A stretch of DNA of 64,000 nt. It comes from an uncultured Gemmatimonadaceae bacterium (GTDB lineage: Bacteria; Gemmatimonadota; Gemmatimonadetes; Gemmatimonadales; Gemmatimonadaceae). A model generated the notes under the pieces. It did no database searches. It was not told the origin of the DNA and worked only from the letters and a program-made list of their open reading frames with translations. The stretch covers positions 288,001-352,000 of the forward strand of contig CAWBOC010000009.1 of NCBI GenBank assembly GCA_963790305.1, read 5' to 3'. Positions 61,547-64,000 of this stretch are shown here, in pieces; the first letter of the stretch is position 1, and each line of letters starts with the position of its first letter. A program made the translations under genes and the position numbers.

Positions 61547-63322
61547 ATGGGCCGGGTGCTCCGCTGGTACTACTCGCTCAAATACGGCGCCTTTCGACGT
61601 GAGAGACGACCTCGCGATGAACGGCGCGGGCTCGTCGCGCTCCAGATCGATGCGCTCGCCTACTCCGACCTGCGCCGCGCCCTCGACCTTGGCTACTGCC
61701 CGACAATCGCGCGGCTCCTGGATGACGAAGGCTTTCACTTGCGCCGATGGTTCTCCGGCCTTCCCTCGGCGACGCCGTACTGCCAGGCGGGAATCTTCCA
61801 CGGCGAGAATGACCTCATCCCCGCCTTTCGCTTTTACGACCGCAAGGCGCGCCGCATCATCACATGCAACGCCCTCGACGGCGTGCAATATATCCGCGAT
61901 CGCATCCATTCGCCCGGGGCGCTTGCGGGTGGGTCGAGCTACGTGAACCTGCTCGATGGCGACGCGGAGACGGTCGCGTTCACGATCGCCACGCGGGAGC
62001 GATCGTCGATCTTCCGCCGCCTCGGCGGCCTCCGCATGGCACTGCTGATCCTCGTGCACCCGATTCGCGTCGCACGCATGGGTCTCCAGTCGGTGGCCGA
62101 GTGGCTGCGCGAGGAGTTCGAGCGGCTGCGACACGAGCTGGCCGGCAAGGCGACGCATGCCGAGGGCATTTTTCCGTTCCTTCGCGTCTTCACCAACGTC
62201 GTCGTCCGCGAGCTGCAGACGATGGCGATCATGCTCGACATCTACCTCGGCGTGCCGGTCATCTATAGCACCTTCATGCAATACGACGAGCTCGGTCACC
62301 ACTTCGGCCCGTCGAGCCGCGTGTCGCTCGCCGATCTGCGACGGACCGATGCCCGCATCAAGGAGATCTATCGCATGATCGGCGCGGTCAGCTCGCGGCC
62401 GTACGACCTCGTGATCCTGTCCGACCACGGCATGACACCCGCCTCGAGCTATCGCGTGCGTTTTGGCGAGTCCCTCGGCACCACTGTGCAGCGGATGCTC
62501 GAGGAAGAGGCGAAGGAGGTTGGCATCACCCCGCTGTCCAATCTCATGACTGTCGCGCCGCCTGACGAGTACGTGGACATCGGCGCCCAGATCGTCGATG
62601 AGGTTGCCGCGGCGGCTGACGAGAAGCACGTGCGCACCGGTCGCGTCCTTCGAGGATTCCGTGACTGGTTGCGCAGCCGCTACGGTGTGCGAGAGCTGCT
62701 ATGGCCTCAGAAATACTGGGTGAGCCAACGCCACGAGGTCGTCGTGACCTTCAGCTCATCACTCGCGCACGTCTACTTCGCGGATTCCGAAACACCGCTT
62801 ACCCTCCCTGATATCGCCCGCGATCGGGGACGGGCGCATCTCTACGCATCCTTGCTCGCGCATCCCGGCATTGGCGTCCTGTTTGCGCGCCTGAAGGAGG
62901 GCGTGCACGTCCAGACGCCCAGCGGCCGGGCGATCATCGTGGGGGAGCAGCTCGAGGTGCTCGAAGGCAGCAATCCCATGGATCGGTACGGGATGGAGCC
63001 GTGCGTCCTTCGCGCGGTGGCGTCACTCGTCAGGCAGGGCAACGCCGGTGACATCGTGATCTTCGGCGCGTACGATGGCTACGACATCATCTCGTTCGAC
63101 GACCAGGTCGGCGCACACGGCTCCGCCGGCGGCGACCAGGTGTGGCCCTTCCTCGTGACGCCGGCAAGCGTCGACGTCTCCGCTGAGCGCATCGAGGACG
63201 CGAGGGACATCCATCGCGTCATCATGCTGAAATGGGCGAAACCAGAAAGCGGAATGCGGAATGCGGATCGTGACGGTAGCGAGAAGGCACTGGTGGCGAC
63301 GGAAGCAGCTCCGAATCGCTGA
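61547..63322 (+). CDS. Alkaline phosphatase superfamily / phosphodiesterase protein
   Basis: QIDAL, LPSATP, YDELGHH, LSDHG, GAHG; start uncertain (61508 to 61547). Confidence 0.85.
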   Translation: MGRVLRWYYSLKYGAFRRERRPRDERRGLVALQIDALAYSDLRRALDLGYCPTIARLLDDEGFHLRRWFSGLPSATPYCQAGIFHGENDLIPAFRFYDRKARRIITCNALDGVQYIRDRIHSPGALAGGSSYVNLLDGDAETVAFTIATRERSSIFRRLGGLRMALLILVHPIRVARMGLQSVAEWLREEFERLRHELAGKATHAEGIFPFLRVFTNVVVRELQTMAIMLDIYLGVPVIYSTFMQYDELGHHFGPSSRVSLADLRRTDARIKEIYRMIGAVSSRPYDLVILSDHGMTPASSYRVRFGESLGTTVQRMLEEEAKEVGITPLSNLMTVAPPDEYVDIGAQIVDEVAAAADEKHVRTGRVLRGFRDWLRSRYGVRELLWPQKYWVSQRHEVVVTFSSSLAHVYFADSETPLTLPDIARDRGRAHLYASLLAHPGIGVLFARLKEGVHVQTPSGRAIIVGEQLEVLEGSNPMDRYGMEPCVLRAVASLVRQGNAGDIVIFGAYDGYDIISFDDQVGAHGSAGGDQVWPFLVTPASVDVSAERIEDARDIHRVIMLKWAKPESGMRNADRDGSEKALVATEAAPNR

Positions 63323-63342
63323 ATTCCGCATTCCGCATTCCG
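63249..63342. repeat. Inverted GCGGAAT/ATTCCGC heptamer arrays
   Basis: GCGGAAT GCGGAAT GCGGAT ... ATTCCGC ATTCCGC ATTCCG, spanning the phosphodiesterase stop. Confidence 0.82.
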
Positions 63343-63345
63343 TCT

Positions 63346-63783
63346 TTACCTCGCCCTGCAGACCCCGCAAATCCCCTCGATCACGAGCTTGTGCCGAGTC
63401 CGCGCAAAGTCGTGCTGCTCCGCGATCAGCATCGTCATGCGGTCCAGACGCTCCTCGCGAAACTCGACCACGCGCCCGCACACGGTACAGATCACATGCT
63501 CGTGGTTCGGCTCGTCGCGTGCCGGCTCGAAACGACGGAAGCCCTCGCCGAAGTCGCGCTCGACCACCAGACCTGATCGCACCATGACGTCGAGCGTGCG
63601 ATAGATCGTCGCGGTGCCGACGGCCGCGCCGCGGGCCCACAGCTCTTGCTCGATCTCGTCGGCCGAGACGTGGCGGTCGCTGCACAACACGACTTCCGCA
63701 ATGGCTTGCCGCTGCGCGGTGACGGGCAGGTTGTGATCGCGCAGATACGCGAGAAACCCCTCTATGGCCGAGGCGCAGTCCAC
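63346..63783 (-). CDS. Fur-family transcriptional regulator
   Basis: TAQR, HVSA, ATIYRTL, HEHVICTVCG, GICGVC. Confidence 0.92.
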   Translation of the reverse strand: MDCASAIEGFLAYLRDHNLPVTAQRQAIAEVVLCSDRHVSADEIEQELWARGAAVGTATIYRTLDVMVRSGLVVERDFGEGFRRFEPARDEPNHEHVICTVCGRVVEFREERLDRMTMLIAEQHDFARTRHKLVIEGICGVCRAR

Positions 63784-63995
63784 GGCTCTACGACCAGCGC
63801 CTGCCGAAACGATTCGCCGGTGAGGCGCTCTGGCTCGTCGTCTTCGCCCGCACGGCGAAGGACCCCGCGCACGACGGCTTCCACCGCCACGAGCGGCGCA
63901 TCAGCCTCTGCCGTCACCGTGGTCTCCCAGCGGCCGCGATCAGGGCCTTTGAGAACCAGGCGATACCGCGCCGAATACACGATGTGACGCGTCAT
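63762..63995 (-). CDS. Small hypothetical protein
   Basis: 77-aa protein-like ORF overlapping the Fur-family start. Confidence 0.55.
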   Translation of the reverse strand: MTRHIVYSARYRLVLKGPDRGRWETTVTAEADAPLVAVEAVVRGVLRRAGEDDEPERLTGESFRQALVVEPWTAPRP

Positions 63996-64000
63996 GGAAG

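Noticed and set aside
3531..63342. Short repeat arrays as CRISPR
   Set aside because: Units are 7-10 bp, contiguous and inverted, with no spacers and no cas genes.

Overview
GC-rich (about 68% by eye), gene-dense bacterial chromosomal DNA. The gene content (several Hanks-type Ser/Thr kinases, DUF5916, DUF2911, S41/M61 peptidases) suggests Gemmatimonadota; this is an inference. Main blocks: (1) a reductive pyrimidine catabolism cluster (deaminase, mmsA, a PreA lacking Fe-S motifs and with no preT nearby, aminotransferase, hydA, NCS1 transporter, nitrilase-type ureidopropionase); (2) secreted hydrolases and envelope proteins; (3) class II ribonucleotide reductase nrdJ; (4) a MarR-signal peptide-S41 protease fusion with an upstream palindrome; (5) peptidoglycan recycling genes (amidase, ampG, nagZ, anmK, murQ) interleaved with PP2C/HK/Hpt/receiver genes; (6) ggt, an ABC exporter, a two-component pair, ccdA and a Fur-family gene. 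About nine genes carry small frameshifts that look like assembly indels. I saw no tRNA, rRNA, CRISPR array, transposase or integrase. The main unexplained signals are a non-polar octamer GCCTAACG/CGTTAGGC, counted 23 times and mostly inside genes on rare codons, and nine palindromic elements built from 7-10 bp tandem repeats at gene 3' ends.
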